Below are positions 1 through 9,138 of a stretch of DNA of 32,000 bases, one piece after another (the stretch's first letter is position 1; each line of letters starts with the position of its first letter). The position numbers and the translations under genes are program-made. The stretch is taken from positions 540,001 to 572,000 of the forward strand of contig JACQJH010000002.1 of assembly GCA_016205145.1 (NCBI GenBank), given 5' to 3'. Origin of the DNA: Candidatus Iainarchaeum sp. (GTDB lineage: Archaea > Iainarchaeota > Iainarchaeia > Iainarchaeales > JACQJH01). The notes under the pieces are model-generated. The model was not told where the DNA came from, did no database searches, and worked only from the letters and a program-made list of their open reading frames with translations.

Positions 1-23
1 TATAAGGCTCGTTTAAGCGAAAA

Positions 24-773
24 CTAATGCCTGACGTTGCGCGGCCTCAGCTTCTCGTGGTGCTTTATTATCTCAAACTTCATCATGTAAACGTAGGTTT
101 TCAGCATTTCCGTGAACGGAACAATGAAAACCAGCACCAAAAACAGCGAAACGAATTTTCCCAACAGCAAAAAGGAGTCGAAGGCGAATTCCAAAACCAA
201 TGCGGCGGCCATCAGCGCGGTCGGCACAACCAGGGAAACAAGGAACAGCCTCGGGTTCCTGAGCGCGAACTCCGCGCTGCTGTAAACCGAGTTCTCGACT
301 GATTCCTCGTCCACGACAATCGCCTGCGGCACGAAAAAAACCGCGGATGAAACCAGGAAAACGATTATTGCCGCAACCCAGACCGGAAGGCCCGCGAAAA
401 CAATCCCGAAGGAGACAAGAGAAAGGAAAACCGTGTAGAGAAGGAAAAACGCGAAAAGCTTTGACGAGAACTTCTGCACCATTTCGGACAGGTAGTATTC
501 GACGCGCATGGAACTCAATTCCTTGCGCACCGAGAAAACCGTCAGGGAAACGAAAAAGGCGAAGACCGCGGTGAAGATTGCGAGAGCCGCGAACTCAAGT
601 ATGAGGATTTCAGGCGAATATGCGTTGAAATTGTAGTCGAAAAGCAGGCTTCCGGATGAAATGAAAACATTGGGAAACAGGGAGAAAACGAATGCGAAAA
701 CGAGGAGGATGGCAAATGCCAGTGCAACCTTGAAGTTCTTTTTGTAAAGCTCGAAAACGTCCGACAAAACCAT
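24..773 (-). CDS. multi-pass membrane protein, unknown function
   Basis: 249-aa ATG-initiated ORF with about 6 long hydrophobic segments (e.g. ALAFAILLVFAFVFSLF, ILILEFAALAIFTAVFAFFVSL, FAFFLLYTVFLSLVSFGIVFAGL). The overlapping + strand ORFs are K/R/Q-rich shadow frames. Confidence 0.6.
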   Translation of the reverse strand: MVLSDVFELYKKNFKVALAFAILLVFAFVFSLFPNVFISSGSLLFDYNFNAYSPEILILEFAALAIFTAVFAFFVSLTVFSVRKELSSMRVEYYLSEMVQKFSSKLFAFFLLYTVFLSLVSFGIVFAGLPVWVAAIIVFLVSSAVFFVPQAIVVDEESVENSVYSSAEFALRNPRLFLVSLVVPTALMAAALVLEFAFDSFLLLGKFVSLFLVLVFIVPFTEMLKTYVYMMKFEIIKHHEKLRPRNVRH

Positions 774-860
774 GCGAAAACCGGAACAATAATAGCATCA
801 AAAGGGAATAAAAAACGTGTTGGATGGCTTTCATGGCATTCCAGCCGGATTAACGCGAAG

Positions 861-913
861 GCCAGAACGCAGCATGCCTTCAACGAAGGCCTTCTGGCAG
901 GGAACAAAAAAAA
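861..913 (-). terminator. T8 run plus an adjacent 13-bp interrupted hairpin downstream of the 932-1534 gene
   Basis: On the minus strand, a T8 run (plus-strand A8 at 906-913) lies 18 nt after the stop at 932. It is followed by pairings gccagaa (861-867)/ttctggc (892-898) and gccttc (876-881)/gaaggc (885-890). Confidence 0.3.
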
Positions 914-931
914 GCCGGATTCCCGCGAGGG

Positions 932-1534
932 CTAGAAGAAGCCTTTTTCTTCAAGTTTCGCGATTATTGCAGCCGAAGCCCATGCAAGGATGCCGGACCA
1001 CATGAACAGCGCGAACGGGCTTGACTGGAAGCGTTCGGAAAAGTTTTCAACCATGAACTGCTTGCCCTGGCTTGCAAGCGATTCGCGCAATGCGTTGCAG
1101 TGGTCGTTTGAAAAGCAGAATGCCTGGCCCTGCGCGCCGGAAAGCTCGACAATGTTCTGCACGTACCAGAAAAACGCGATGTAAAATGCAAGAAAGCAAA
1201 GTATGACAAGGGCGATTGGAAAAACGGGGGAGAGGCCCTGCTTTGTCTCGAAGTAATCGTCGTACCAGCCTATGAAATAATATGCGAGGAAAAATCCTGC
1301 CAGCGGAACGAGCCAGAACATGAGGCTCTGGAATTCCATGAGCGGCAGAAGGAAGTTGAGCGGCGGAATGTTCTGCACAACCGCGCGGAGGGAATCGCGC
1401 GCCATGGAAAAGCCCACGAGTATGCCGTAAGAGAAAAGGAAAAGGCAGGCAAAGACTATTTTCCTGCTGGCGGAGCCGCCGCCCTTCTTTTCATTTGATT
1501 CGCCTTTTGACATGCCATCACAAAAAAAAGTCAT
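932..1534 (-). CDS. membrane protein, unknown function
   Basis: 200-aa ORF. Its ATG overlaps the stop of the upstream YbjQ-like gene (ATGA at 1531-1534). Four hydrophobic helices: IVFACLFLFSYGILVGF, LMFWLVPLAGFFLAYYFIGW, VFPIALVILCFLAFYIAFFWYV, FALFMWSGILAWASAAII. Confidence 0.6.
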   Translation of the reverse strand: MTFFCDGMSKGESNEKKGGGSASRKIVFACLFLFSYGILVGFSMARDSLRAVVQNIPPLNFLLPLMEFQSLMFWLVPLAGFFLAYYFIGWYDDYFETKQGLSPVFPIALVILCFLAFYIAFFWYVQNIVELSGAQGQAFCFSNDHCNALRESLASQGKQFMVENFSERFQSSPFALFMWSGILAWASAAIIAKLEEKGFF

Positions 1535-1875
1535 TTAGCCTTTTCAAGCTTTACAGCCGTGCCGTAAACAAGGAATTCCACGCCGCCTGGAACAACTACT
1601 GAGGAGACAAAGCGCACGTCAATGATTGCGTCAGCGCCGACAAGCTCAGCGTTCCTCCGCAGCTTTTCAATGGCGTTGTGCCTGACCTCGTCGAAAAGCG
1701 AGGCATATTCCTTTATTTCGCCGCCCCCAAGAAAGCGGAACATCGCCACTATGTCCTTGAAAATTGACCTTGCGCGGATGTCCGAACCCCACACCAATCC
1801 GAGCACTTCGGAAACCCTTTGGCCAGGCAAAGCGCTTGCCGTTATTATCGGCAGGAAATCCTTTTCGTTTTCCAT
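1531..1875 (-). CDS. YbjQ/UPF0145 (DUF74) family protein
   Basis: 114 aa. The family-typical pattern runs along the whole length: VLGLVWGSDIRARSIFKDI...GGGEIKEY...R..A...L...A...GADAIIDVRF...VYGTAVKL. Confidence 0.8.
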   Translation of the reverse strand: MENEKDFLPIITASALPGQRVSEVLGLVWGSDIRARSIFKDIVAMFRFLGGGEIKEYASLFDEVRHNAIEKLRRNAELVGADAIIDVRFVSSVVVPGGVEFLVYGTAVKLEKAK

Positions 1876-1966
1876 TGCACCACCAAGATATTGGTCAGGT
1901 GGAGTTTTTAATTGTTATCCAGAAGAGTTTTAGATTAGCCCTTGGTGCGGCAAAAAGGTTTTTGGC

Positions 1967-2932
1967 ATGACGATTGAACTGCCCTGGATTGAAAAATACA
2001 GGCCGACCACGCTGTCCGAAGTAGTGGGCCACGAGGAAATAACCCGGCGCCTGAAAAGCTACGTTGACAGGAAAAACGTGCCCAACCTCATGTTTTCCGG
2101 TCCGGCGGGGGTGGGAAAAACCTCCGCAGCAGTCTCCCTTGCAAAAGAGCTTTACGGAAAAGAATTCGAGCGCAACTTCCTTGAGTTAAACGCGAGTGAT
2201 GAAAGGGGCATTGATGTCGTAAGGAACACAATCAAGGACTTTGCGCGGACGCTTGCGTTTGACGCGAACTTCAAAATCATTTTTCTCGACGAAAGCGACG
2301 CCCTGACAACCGATGCGCAGCAGGCCCTTCGCAGGACAATGGAACGGTATACGAGAACGTGCCGCTTCATCCTGTCATGCAACTATTCAAGCAGGCTGAT
2401 AGAGCCGATACAGAGCAGGTGCGTTGTTTTCAGGTTCACGCCTTTGCCTGCAACGCAGGTAGCGAACAAGCTTAAGGAAATAGCGGAAAAGGAAAAAGTT
2501 GAAATCGAGGAAGACGCTGTCAAGGCCATGATTTACGTCAGCGAAGGCGACCTGCGAAAGGCGATAAACATTCTGCAGGCGTCGGCAAGCCTTGAGGGAA
2601 AAGTGAAAGAGGAAACAGTTTACAGCGTTTCAAGCCGCGCCAAACCAAAAGAAGTGAGGGAAATGATTGCATTCGGCCTGGAAGGAAAATTCAAGGAAGC
2701 GCGGGAAAAGCTCGACACGCTCATGTTCCAGCACGGAATGTCGGGCGAGGATGTCATAGGCCAGCTTTACAAGGAAACAATGGCTTTGCCGGAAGAGGAA
2801 CTGCCAAGCAAAACAAAAATCGAGCTTGCAAACATCATAGGCGAATACAATTTCAGGCTGGTTGAAGGCGGGAACGAGCGCATACAGCTTGAAGCGCTCC
2901 TGGCGCAGTTCGGAAAATTCGCGAAAAAATAG
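1967..2932 (+). CDS. rfcS: replication factor C small subunit (clamp loader), no intein
   Basis: 321 aa with RFC box PWIEKYRP, Walker A GPAGVGKTS, Walker B IIFLDESDAL and the SRC motif IQSRC. Confidence 0.95.
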   Translation: MTIELPWIEKYRPTTLSEVVGHEEITRRLKSYVDRKNVPNLMFSGPAGVGKTSAAVSLAKELYGKEFERNFLELNASDERGIDVVRNTIKDFARTLAFDANFKIIFLDESDALTTDAQQALRRTMERYTRTCRFILSCNYSSRLIEPIQSRCVVFRFTPLPATQVANKLKEIAEKEKVEIEEDAVKAMIYVSEGDLRKAINILQASASLEGKVKEETVYSVSSRAKPKEVREMIAFGLEGKFKEAREKLDTLMFQHGMSGEDVIGQLYKETMALPEEELPSKTKIELANIIGEYNFRLVEGGNERIQLEALLAQFGKFAKK

Positions 2933-2968
2933 CTGTTTTTAAATATGCGTTGTAATACAATGTATTAC

Positions 2969-3262
2969 ATGGAAACCGTTTCTTTGAGGCTTGACCCGGC
3001 TCTGGCGAGGCGCATCGAAAAGGAGATGGCCTCCGCAGGATATTCCACTAAAACCGAATTCATCCGTGAGGCAATACGGAACCGGCTCTCGGAAATCGAA
3101 GAGCGCAGGAAAGCCGAATGGGAACGGCTGGCGGCAATGCGCGGCATCCTGAAAGGCAAGGGAAAAGCCAAAACGGATGAGGAATTCAGGAAAATAAGAA
3201 TCGAGGCAGCCGAGAAATACATTAATGAATTGGAAAAAAAGTTTGAACTCAATCAAAAATGA
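2969..3262 (+). CDS. ribbon-helix-helix (CopG/Arc-type) DNA-binding protein, antitoxin-like
   Basis: N-terminus METVSLRLDPALARRIEKEMASAGYSTKTEFIREAIRNRL fits a beta-strand plus two helices (RHH), followed by a charged C-terminal tail. ATG at 2969 is preferred over the ORF-track start at 2945. Confidence 0.7.
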   Translation: METVSLRLDPALARRIEKEMASAGYSTKTEFIREAIRNRLSEIEERRKAEWERLAAMRGILKGKGKAKTDEEFRKIRIEAAEKYINELEKKFELNQK

Positions 3263-3671
3263 CTTCTTCCGGCAAAAGCACTTCAACAATTCCCGTCAGG
3301 CTTTGAAAATGCCCGTCCCTTGAAACCATGACCGCCCTGTTATCCCTCGCGACAAGTGCGTGAAGGATATCGGCATAATGCGCCCCTTTTATCTCCAGGG
3401 AAAGCCTTTTTGCTTCGGAAATCTGCCCCGCGGAAATTTCAAGCCGCAGGATATTCTCATTGAAAGGGGCAAACATTTGCCCAATCCGCTCGCTTGAATA
3501 ATCGTGCCCAAGCTCCATGACAACCAAATCAGAATACAAAATAAGCGAATCGTTTTCAACGCACTGTTTCAAAAAATCAAAAGCGAACATTCCAAGCGGC
3601 CTCAACCCGTCACTTCTGTCCTCAAAGTAGTCGCGCCAGACGGAAGTGTCAACGTAAAAGCGCTTTTCCAT
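3249..3671 (-). CDS. PIN-domain protein (VapC-like ribonuclease)
   Basis: Acidic PIN signature positions: FYVDTS (N-terminal Asp), VVMELG, HYADILH, VSRDGHF. About 140 aa. ATG at 3671 is preferred over the GTG at 3692. The 3' end overlaps the RHH gene by 14 nt. Confidence 0.7.
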   Translation of the reverse strand: MEKRFYVDTSVWRDYFEDRSDGLRPLGMFAFDFLKQCVENDSLILYSDLVVMELGHDYSSERIGQMFAPFNENILRLEISAGQISEAKRLSLEIKGAHYADILHALVARDNRAVMVSRDGHFQSLTGIVEVLLPEEVIFD

Positions 3672-3747
3672 GACCGCTTTGGCAGGCAACACGCATTAAA
3701 AGGCTTGGTGAATTTCGGCGATTGCAGAAGCGCATTGCCGCAAAAAG

Positions 3748-5001
3748 TCAAACCCATTGAAGGATTTTCTTCTGGTGTTTCAGGGCGTCGTACAAAACGC
3801 TTTTTTTCCTGTAAGTTTCAATGGGCACGACAAGCTTTGACTTCAGGAAAGCGAATGCCAGGTCAATGCCGGAAAATGCAAGCGGTTTTTTCTGCAGGGC
3901 GTGGCGCACGTTCTCGCGGATTTGCCAGGTTCCAAGAGGAACGTCGTAGCCCTTGCCTATTTCCCTGAAAACAATCGCCGCGCCCTGCCTTTTCTCCCTG
4001 CGCAAATACTCGCAGACAGCAAGCCTCGCCGAATAGTATGCGCCCGTAATGTTGTCGGCATAGTTTTTCCTGCCCGAAAAAAACTCGAAATCGTGCGCGA
4101 CGTGGAAATCGGTTGCGTTCGGCGTCCACACCCCGCCCGGCATCCATGTTTCCATCATTTCAAACGACCATTCATTCGGCAGAAGCATCACCCAGAAATT
4201 GTTGTCAAGGTAATTGGAATTGAACAGCCTGATTTCGGAAAGCTGGGGAAGATATTTGACTTTTTCAAGCAGCTGTTTTGAAACCGTGTCGTCCACTGCA
4301 GTGATCGACCACCTGGTCGGGACGAATTTCCTGTTCTTTTTCACGCCCAGGGTGCCGGCGGACAAAAGCTTGTAAAGGAAATGCACCGGCAGGCCGTCAG
4401 TATAGAGTTCCTGCATTGCGGTCGTTGATTTTGCATCCGTGTCCGAGACAAGGTAGTCGACTTTTGTCGGAATGCTTGGGTTTGATTCGAACGAAAATTT
4501 TTCCATGGCGGCTGAGGGGCCCATCGGCGCGAAAAGGTCGGAAAAGGAAGAGCCGAGTTTCGGCTTGTCCTTGAGTTTGACGTCAAGGTCAACCTGTTTT
4601 TCGGACATGGCGATTTCCTGTATGGCGGCAACGTCATATGTCGGGTTTGACGCGGAGTGCACGGAAACTTTTTTGTTGGAGCGGAACAGCTGCTGGCGAA
4701 AGCCTAGAATTTCGCTTGACGGAAGCCCATACCATTGTTCGGGATTGTCAAGAAACGCGGCGTCTTCGACGAGTTGCGGCGGAGACAATGGTGCGATGTC
4801 AACCTGCGGATAGTTTTTCCACGCAACGAAAATTGACGGAGGGGAGGAGCCGACAAACTCCTTGGCATCGAATAGCCTCTGCGTTGCCCGCTTTTTTTCA
4901 AAGCGGTCAAGCAATGGGCAGGACGGAAGATTGCACCACAGCCTGCCCTTGCACGGAACGCAGATGCCCGGCGTTGGCACGAATGAAGGCGAAGCCTGCA
5001 T
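3748..5001 (-). CDS. nreA: Nre-family DNA repair protein (NreA-like, DUF650/DUF651)
   Basis: 417 aa from the ATG at 5001. N-terminal Cys cluster CVPCKGRLWCNLPSCP and the motif FVPTRWSITAVDD. The 650-aa ORF-track entry is an upstream shadow extension antisense to the 5117 gene. Confidence 0.7.
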   Translation of the reverse strand: MQASPSFVPTPGICVPCKGRLWCNLPSCPLLDRFEKKRATQRLFDAKEFVGSSPPSIFVAWKNYPQVDIAPLSPPQLVEDAAFLDNPEQWYGLPSSEILGFRQQLFRSNKKVSVHSASNPTYDVAAIQEIAMSEKQVDLDVKLKDKPKLGSSFSDLFAPMGPSAAMEKFSFESNPSIPTKVDYLVSDTDAKSTTAMQELYTDGLPVHFLYKLLSAGTLGVKKNRKFVPTRWSITAVDDTVSKQLLEKVKYLPQLSEIRLFNSNYLDNNFWVMLLPNEWSFEMMETWMPGGVWTPNATDFHVAHDFEFFSGRKNYADNITGAYYSARLAVCEYLRREKRQGAAIVFREIGKGYDVPLGTWQIRENVRHALQKKPLAFSGIDLAFAFLKSKLVVPIETYRKKSVLYDALKHQKKILQWV

Positions 5002-5116
5002 GAAATAGTGAAGTTTTGAAGGTTTTTTAAGCCGCTCCAAGCAGGTTTCCCATGAAAGAGGATCTATGGCTGGACACACAACAAATTTAATAATCGAATA
5101 ACGCATAGAATATTGA

Positions 5117-7144
5117 ATGAGAAAATCTGACGTTTTCGGCTTGTTTTTGATCAGTTTTTTGACGCTTTTTTTTGAACTGGCCATGATCCGGTGGATTCCT
5201 GGAACCGTTGCCGCAATCGGATATTTCACCAACCTTATTCTGATTTCAAGTTTTCTTGGAATGGGGCTCGGCTGCCTGCTTGCCGGCAGGAAGGATTTTT
5301 CGCGCTTTTTGCCGGCACTTTTTTTCGCAACGGTGATTGTTGCAGTGCTGATAAAAAAAATCGGGGTTGCCCCGAGCCAAAACCTGTCGGATTTCATTTT
5401 CGTGGATTTTTCCGGCCAAGCCCTGCCGTTGATTCTTGTCATGCCGCTTGTGTTTTTCGTCAATTTCCTGTTTTTTGTCCCACTGGGACAAATCCTGGGC
5501 AGGTTCTTTGAAAAATTCCAGCCACTGAGGGCATATGCCATAAACATTCTGGGCGCAATAGCGGGCATAGTGGTTTTCACTTTGTTGTCGTTCCTGTCAG
5601 TTCCGCCGGTCGCATGGTTTTCCGTGGGCGCAGCCTGCACTCTCTGGTTCCTCAGGGGCAAAAAAATCCATTTTGTTTCCGGAATCCTGTTTTTTGCCAT
5701 AGCGCTGTCGGTAATCGTAATTGTTGCCGAAAATGAGGTCTGGTCGCCTTACCAGAAGCTTGTCGTGACGCCGGAAACCGGAAACAATTATTTTTCTTTG
5801 ACCGTTAACAACAATTATTACCTGAGCGCAACCAAATTCGACCAGCAGACGATAAAAAAATATGAGATAAACAAGGCATGGGCCGAAATATACAATCTGC
5901 CATATGAATTTGCCCAGCCAAAAGATGTCCTAATCCTTGGAAGCGGCGGTGCAAACGACCTGTTTTTTGCGCTGAAAAGCGGGGCCGAACACATTGATGC
6001 AGTTGAAATTGACCAAAAAATAGTCGAAATATCATCCCAAAAAAGAAAGGACGGTGCATATGGCGATTCCAGAGTCAGCATAATCGTGGACGATGCCAGG
6101 ACATACCTTAAAAGCACGGACAAAAAATACGACCTCATAGTCTACGGTTTTCTGGACTCGCACAGGCTGTTTTCCACGATGGCGAACGTCCGGCTTGACA
6201 ACTTTGTTTATACTCTGGAAGGAATAAACGAGGCCAAAAAGAGGCTTAAGGACGGCGGGGTGATTTCCCTGTCTTTTTTTGCCAACAGGGAATGGGTGGC
6301 GCAGAAGCTCTTCGACCTGTTAAGCGAAAATTTCGGGCAGAAACCTCTTGTTTTCGAGTCAGCCGCCATGCCATCGGAAAAGGTAATGCTTGTAACCAAC
6401 ACGTCCGGCGGGCTATTGAAGGAAAACGTCCCGAATTTCAATGAAACTTCAGGGGCATATGCGAAAAACAGCGGAAAATACAAGGTGCCGAGCGACAACT
6501 GGCCTTACCTGTACCTTGAAAACAATTTCATTCCGCCGGAATACATAATAATCCTCATCATCATATTTGCTGCAAGTGCGGCGGCTGTTTTCTTTTCAAT
6601 CAAATCAGGCGCTGATGCAGGCATCCTTGGCAACCTGCAGTTTTTCTTTTTGGGCGCCGCATTCATGCTTTTGGAGACCAAAAGCATCGTGGAATTATCC
6701 CTGATTTTCGGAACAAACTGGTTTGTGAACGCCGTGGTCATAACATTCATACTAGTCATGATTTTGGCCGCAAACTTGTTCGTAATAAAATTCAATCCTA
6801 AAAAAATCCGTTACTTTTACGCATTGCTGTTTTTGACCCTGATTTTCAATTTCATTTTTCCGCCAAAAAACATTCCGTTTGACAATCCGGTGATAAGGCT
6901 TATTGCCCCGGCGTTCATTGCCACGTTGCCCATATTTTTTGCAGGACTGGTTTTTTCCTCGCTTTTCAAAAAAACCAAAAATGCAAGCCTTTCTTTGGGC
7001 CTGAATATCCTTGGCGGGGTACTTGGCGGGTTCCTGGAGTACGCCTCGCTCATTTTCGGCATAGGGCACATCATATTATTGGCGGTTATCCTATATGTTC
7101 TCTCAATGGCGTTCGCTGGATTGCTGGGTTTCGGAAAAGATTAG
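5117..7144 (+). CDS. spermidine-synthase-like (class I SAM-dependent fold) domain flanked by multi-TM bundles
   Basis: 675 aa: about 7 N-terminal TM helices, then a central soluble domain, then about 6 C-terminal TM helices. The central domain has VLILGSGGAND, IDAVEIDQKIVEIS, IIVDDARTYL and YDLIVYGFLDSH, which matches the SpeE-type motif order. Confidence 0.7.
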   Translation: MRKSDVFGLFLISFLTLFFELAMIRWIPGTVAAIGYFTNLILISSFLGMGLGCLLAGRKDFSRFLPALFFATVIVAVLIKKIGVAPSQNLSDFIFVDFSGQALPLILVMPLVFFVNFLFFVPLGQILGRFFEKFQPLRAYAINILGAIAGIVVFTLLSFLSVPPVAWFSVGAACTLWFLRGKKIHFVSGILFFAIALSVIVIVAENEVWSPYQKLVVTPETGNNYFSLTVNNNYYLSATKFDQQTIKKYEINKAWAEIYNLPYEFAQPKDVLILGSGGANDLFFALKSGAEHIDAVEIDQKIVEISSQKRKDGAYGDSRVSIIVDDARTYLKSTDKKYDLIVYGFLDSHRLFSTMANVRLDNFVYTLEGINEAKKRLKDGGVISLSFFANREWVAQKLFDLLSENFGQKPLVFESAAMPSEKVMLVTNTSGGLLKENVPNFNETSGAYAKNSGKYKVPSDNWPYLYLENNFIPPEYIIILIIIFAASAAAVFFSIKSGADAGILGNLQFFFLGAAFMLLETKSIVELSLIFGTNWFVNAVVITFILVMILAANLFVIKFNPKKIRYFYALLFLTLIFNFIFPPKNIPFDNPVIRLIAPAFIATLPIFFAGLVFSSLFKKTKNASLSLGLNILGGVLGGFLEYASLIFGIGHIILLAVILYVLSMAFAGLLGFGKD

Positions 7145-7195
7145 ATTCAAATGCCAAATCAACATTTTTATGCGTTTCACTGAATAGGTTATACC

Positions 7196-9109
7196 ATGGC
7201 CGAAAAGCAGATTGAACTTGAGTTCCCCGACGGCGGCAAAAAGAAATTCGCGAAAGGCATTACCGGCGCGGAAATTGCCAAGGGAATAGGCGAAGGCTTG
7301 GCACGCGCGGCGCTTTCCGTGAAAGTTGACAATGAAGTCCTGGATTTGTCAAGGCCGATTGAAAAAAGCGGGAAGTTTGAGGTTCTCACGGAAAAAAGCC
7401 CCGACGGCCTGAGGACAATGTGGCATTCCACTTCGCATGTCATGGCCGAGGCAGTGCTGGAACTGTTTCCCGAAGCCAAGCCGACCATCGGCCCTTCGAT
7501 TGACGAGGGATTCTATTATGATTTTGATGTGAAGCATCCTTTTTCGCCCGAAGACCTGGAAAAAATCGAAGGCAGGATGAAGGAGATTGTGAAAAAAGAC
7601 GAGCACTTCGAGCGCAGGGAAATCAGCAGGAAGGAAGCCCTTGAAATGTTCAAAAAAAATTCTTACAAGGTTGAATTGATCAAAGAACTGCCGGAAGGCG
7701 AAACCATTTCAGTTTACCAGGACGGCAAGTTTACCGACCTCTGTTCCGGGCCGCACATTCCAAACACCGGGCGCATCAAGGCGGTCAAGCTTTTGAAATC
7801 GTCCGGCGCGTATTGGCGGGGCAGTGAAAAGAACAGGATGCTGCAGAGGATTTACGGCATCAGTTTCCCCGAAGAGAAAAAGCTGAAAGAGTTTGTGGCG
7901 CAAAAGGAAGAGGCCGCGAAAAGAAACCATTTGAAGCTTGGCAGGGAGCTTGACCTTTTTTCGATGCAGGAAGAGGCGCCCGGCTGCGTTTTTTTCCATC
8001 CGAACGGAATGGTAATCTGGAACGAGCTCATGAAATTCTGGCGCGAAGAGCATTTCAAAGCGGGATATGACGAAATAAAGACGCCAGAAATAATGAAGCA
8101 AAAGCTCTGGGAGAAGTCGGGGCACTGGGACCACTACAAGGACAACATGTATTTCACGAAAATCGACGACGAGGATTTTGCCGTAAAGCCCATGAACTGC
8201 CCCGGCGGAATTCTTGTATTCAGGTCGAAAAGGCACAGTTATCGCGATTTGCCTTTGAGGCTTGCCGAAGTGGGAACAGTGCACAGGCACGAAAAGTCGG
8301 GCGTTTTGAATGGGCTGTTCCGTGTGAGAAGGTTCACTCAGGATGACGCGCACCTCTACTGCACCGAGGAGCAGATAATGCAGGAAGTCAATGGCATCAT
8401 CGGCCTCATCGACAAGATGTATTCCGTTTTCGGTTTCTCTTACCGCGTCGAATTGTCGACGAGGCCTGAGAAGGCGATGGGTTCGAAGGAGGCATGGGAC
8501 CACGCCGAAGGCGAACTCAAAAAGGCGCTGAACGAGGCGGGCGTGGAATTCAAAATCAATGAAGGCGACGGCGCGTTCTACGGCCCGAAAATAGACTTCC
8601 ACATCCGCGATTCTTTGGGGAGAACATGGCAGTGCGCGACAATCCAGCTCGACTACCAGATGCCCGAAAAGTTCGAACTTTATTATATTGGAAAGGACGA
8701 CAAGGAGCACAGGCCGATCATGCTGCACAGGGTTATCTTCGGCTCTGTTGAAAGGTTCATCGGCATACTCATAGAGCATTTCGGCGGAAATTTTCCGTTA
8801 TGGCTTTCCCCGGTGCAGGTCAAAGTGCTTCCTGTGAGCGACAAGTTCAACGATTATGCGAAAAAAGTGCATGGACAATTGAGGCAAAATTTTATCCGCA
8901 GCGAACTCGACGACAGGCAGGAAACCGTTTCCTACAAGGTCAGGGACGCGGAACTGAGGAAAATTCCTTTCACGCTCACTGTGGGGCAGAGGGAAGAGGA
9001 ATCAGAAACTGTTGCCGTAAGGGACAAAAGCGGAAAGGTTTCCGTGCAAAAACTCGATACATTCACTGCCGGGCTTGCGGAAAAAACCGGTAAAAGGGAA
9101 AATGCCTGA
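7196..9109 (+). CDS. thrS: threonyl-tRNA synthetase, bacterial/eukaryal-type architecture
   Basis: 637 aa. TGS-like N-terminus, HxxxH editing motif (HSTSHVMAEAV), class II motif 2 FRVRRFTQDDAHLYC, motif 3 GSVERFIGILIEH, and a C-terminal anticodon-binding domain. Confidence 0.95.
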   Translation: MAEKQIELEFPDGGKKKFAKGITGAEIAKGIGEGLARAALSVKVDNEVLDLSRPIEKSGKFEVLTEKSPDGLRTMWHSTSHVMAEAVLELFPEAKPTIGPSIDEGFYYDFDVKHPFSPEDLEKIEGRMKEIVKKDEHFERREISRKEALEMFKKNSYKVELIKELPEGETISVYQDGKFTDLCSGPHIPNTGRIKAVKLLKSSGAYWRGSEKNRMLQRIYGISFPEEKKLKEFVAQKEEAAKRNHLKLGRELDLFSMQEEAPGCVFFHPNGMVIWNELMKFWREEHFKAGYDEIKTPEIMKQKLWEKSGHWDHYKDNMYFTKIDDEDFAVKPMNCPGGILVFRSKRHSYRDLPLRLAEVGTVHRHEKSGVLNGLFRVRRFTQDDAHLYCTEEQIMQEVNGIIGLIDKMYSVFGFSYRVELSTRPEKAMGSKEAWDHAEGELKKALNEAGVEFKINEGDGAFYGPKIDFHIRDSLGRTWQCATIQLDYQMPEKFELYYIGKDDKEHRPIMLHRVIFGSVERFIGILIEHFGGNFPLWLSPVQVKVLPVSDKFNDYAKKVHGQLRQNFIRSELDDRQETVSYKVRDAELRKIPFTLTVGQREEESETVAVRDKSGKVSVQKLDTFTAGLAEKTGKRENA

Positions 9110-9130
9110 AAAACACGCGGGCAGTAAATC

Positions 9131-9138
9131 TTTTTTTT
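9131..9138 (+). terminator. T8 run immediately downstream of thrS
   Basis: TTTTTTTT lies 22 nt after the thrS stop. Archaeal termination typically uses oligo-T. The run abuts the stop codon of the convergent minus-strand gene. Confidence 0.35.

Noticed and set aside
841-930. The direct repeat gccggatt(aa/cc)cgcga(a/g)ggc (845-862 and 914-931) between two membrane protein genes.
   Set aside because: It is short (about 18 nt) and imperfect, and sits in an ordinary terminator/promoter spacer. This is insufficient evidence for a mobile element or binding-site pair.
5002-5700. The N-terminal 233 codons of the 650-aa minus-strand ORF (3748-5700).
   Set aside because: This part is antisense to the well-supported 5117-7144 membrane protein gene and has an odd K/R/T/P-rich composition. 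The recognisable NreA homology begins at the ATG at 5001 (MQASPSFVPTPGICVPCKG). I treat it as a shadow extension.
7709-8779. A 356-aa stop-free ORF antisense to thrS.
   Set aside because: It lies entirely inside a strongly supported class II aaRS gene in an antisense frame. It has no recognisable motifs, a V/L/R/F-rich composition typical of shadow frames, and no ribosome-binding site or promoter context.
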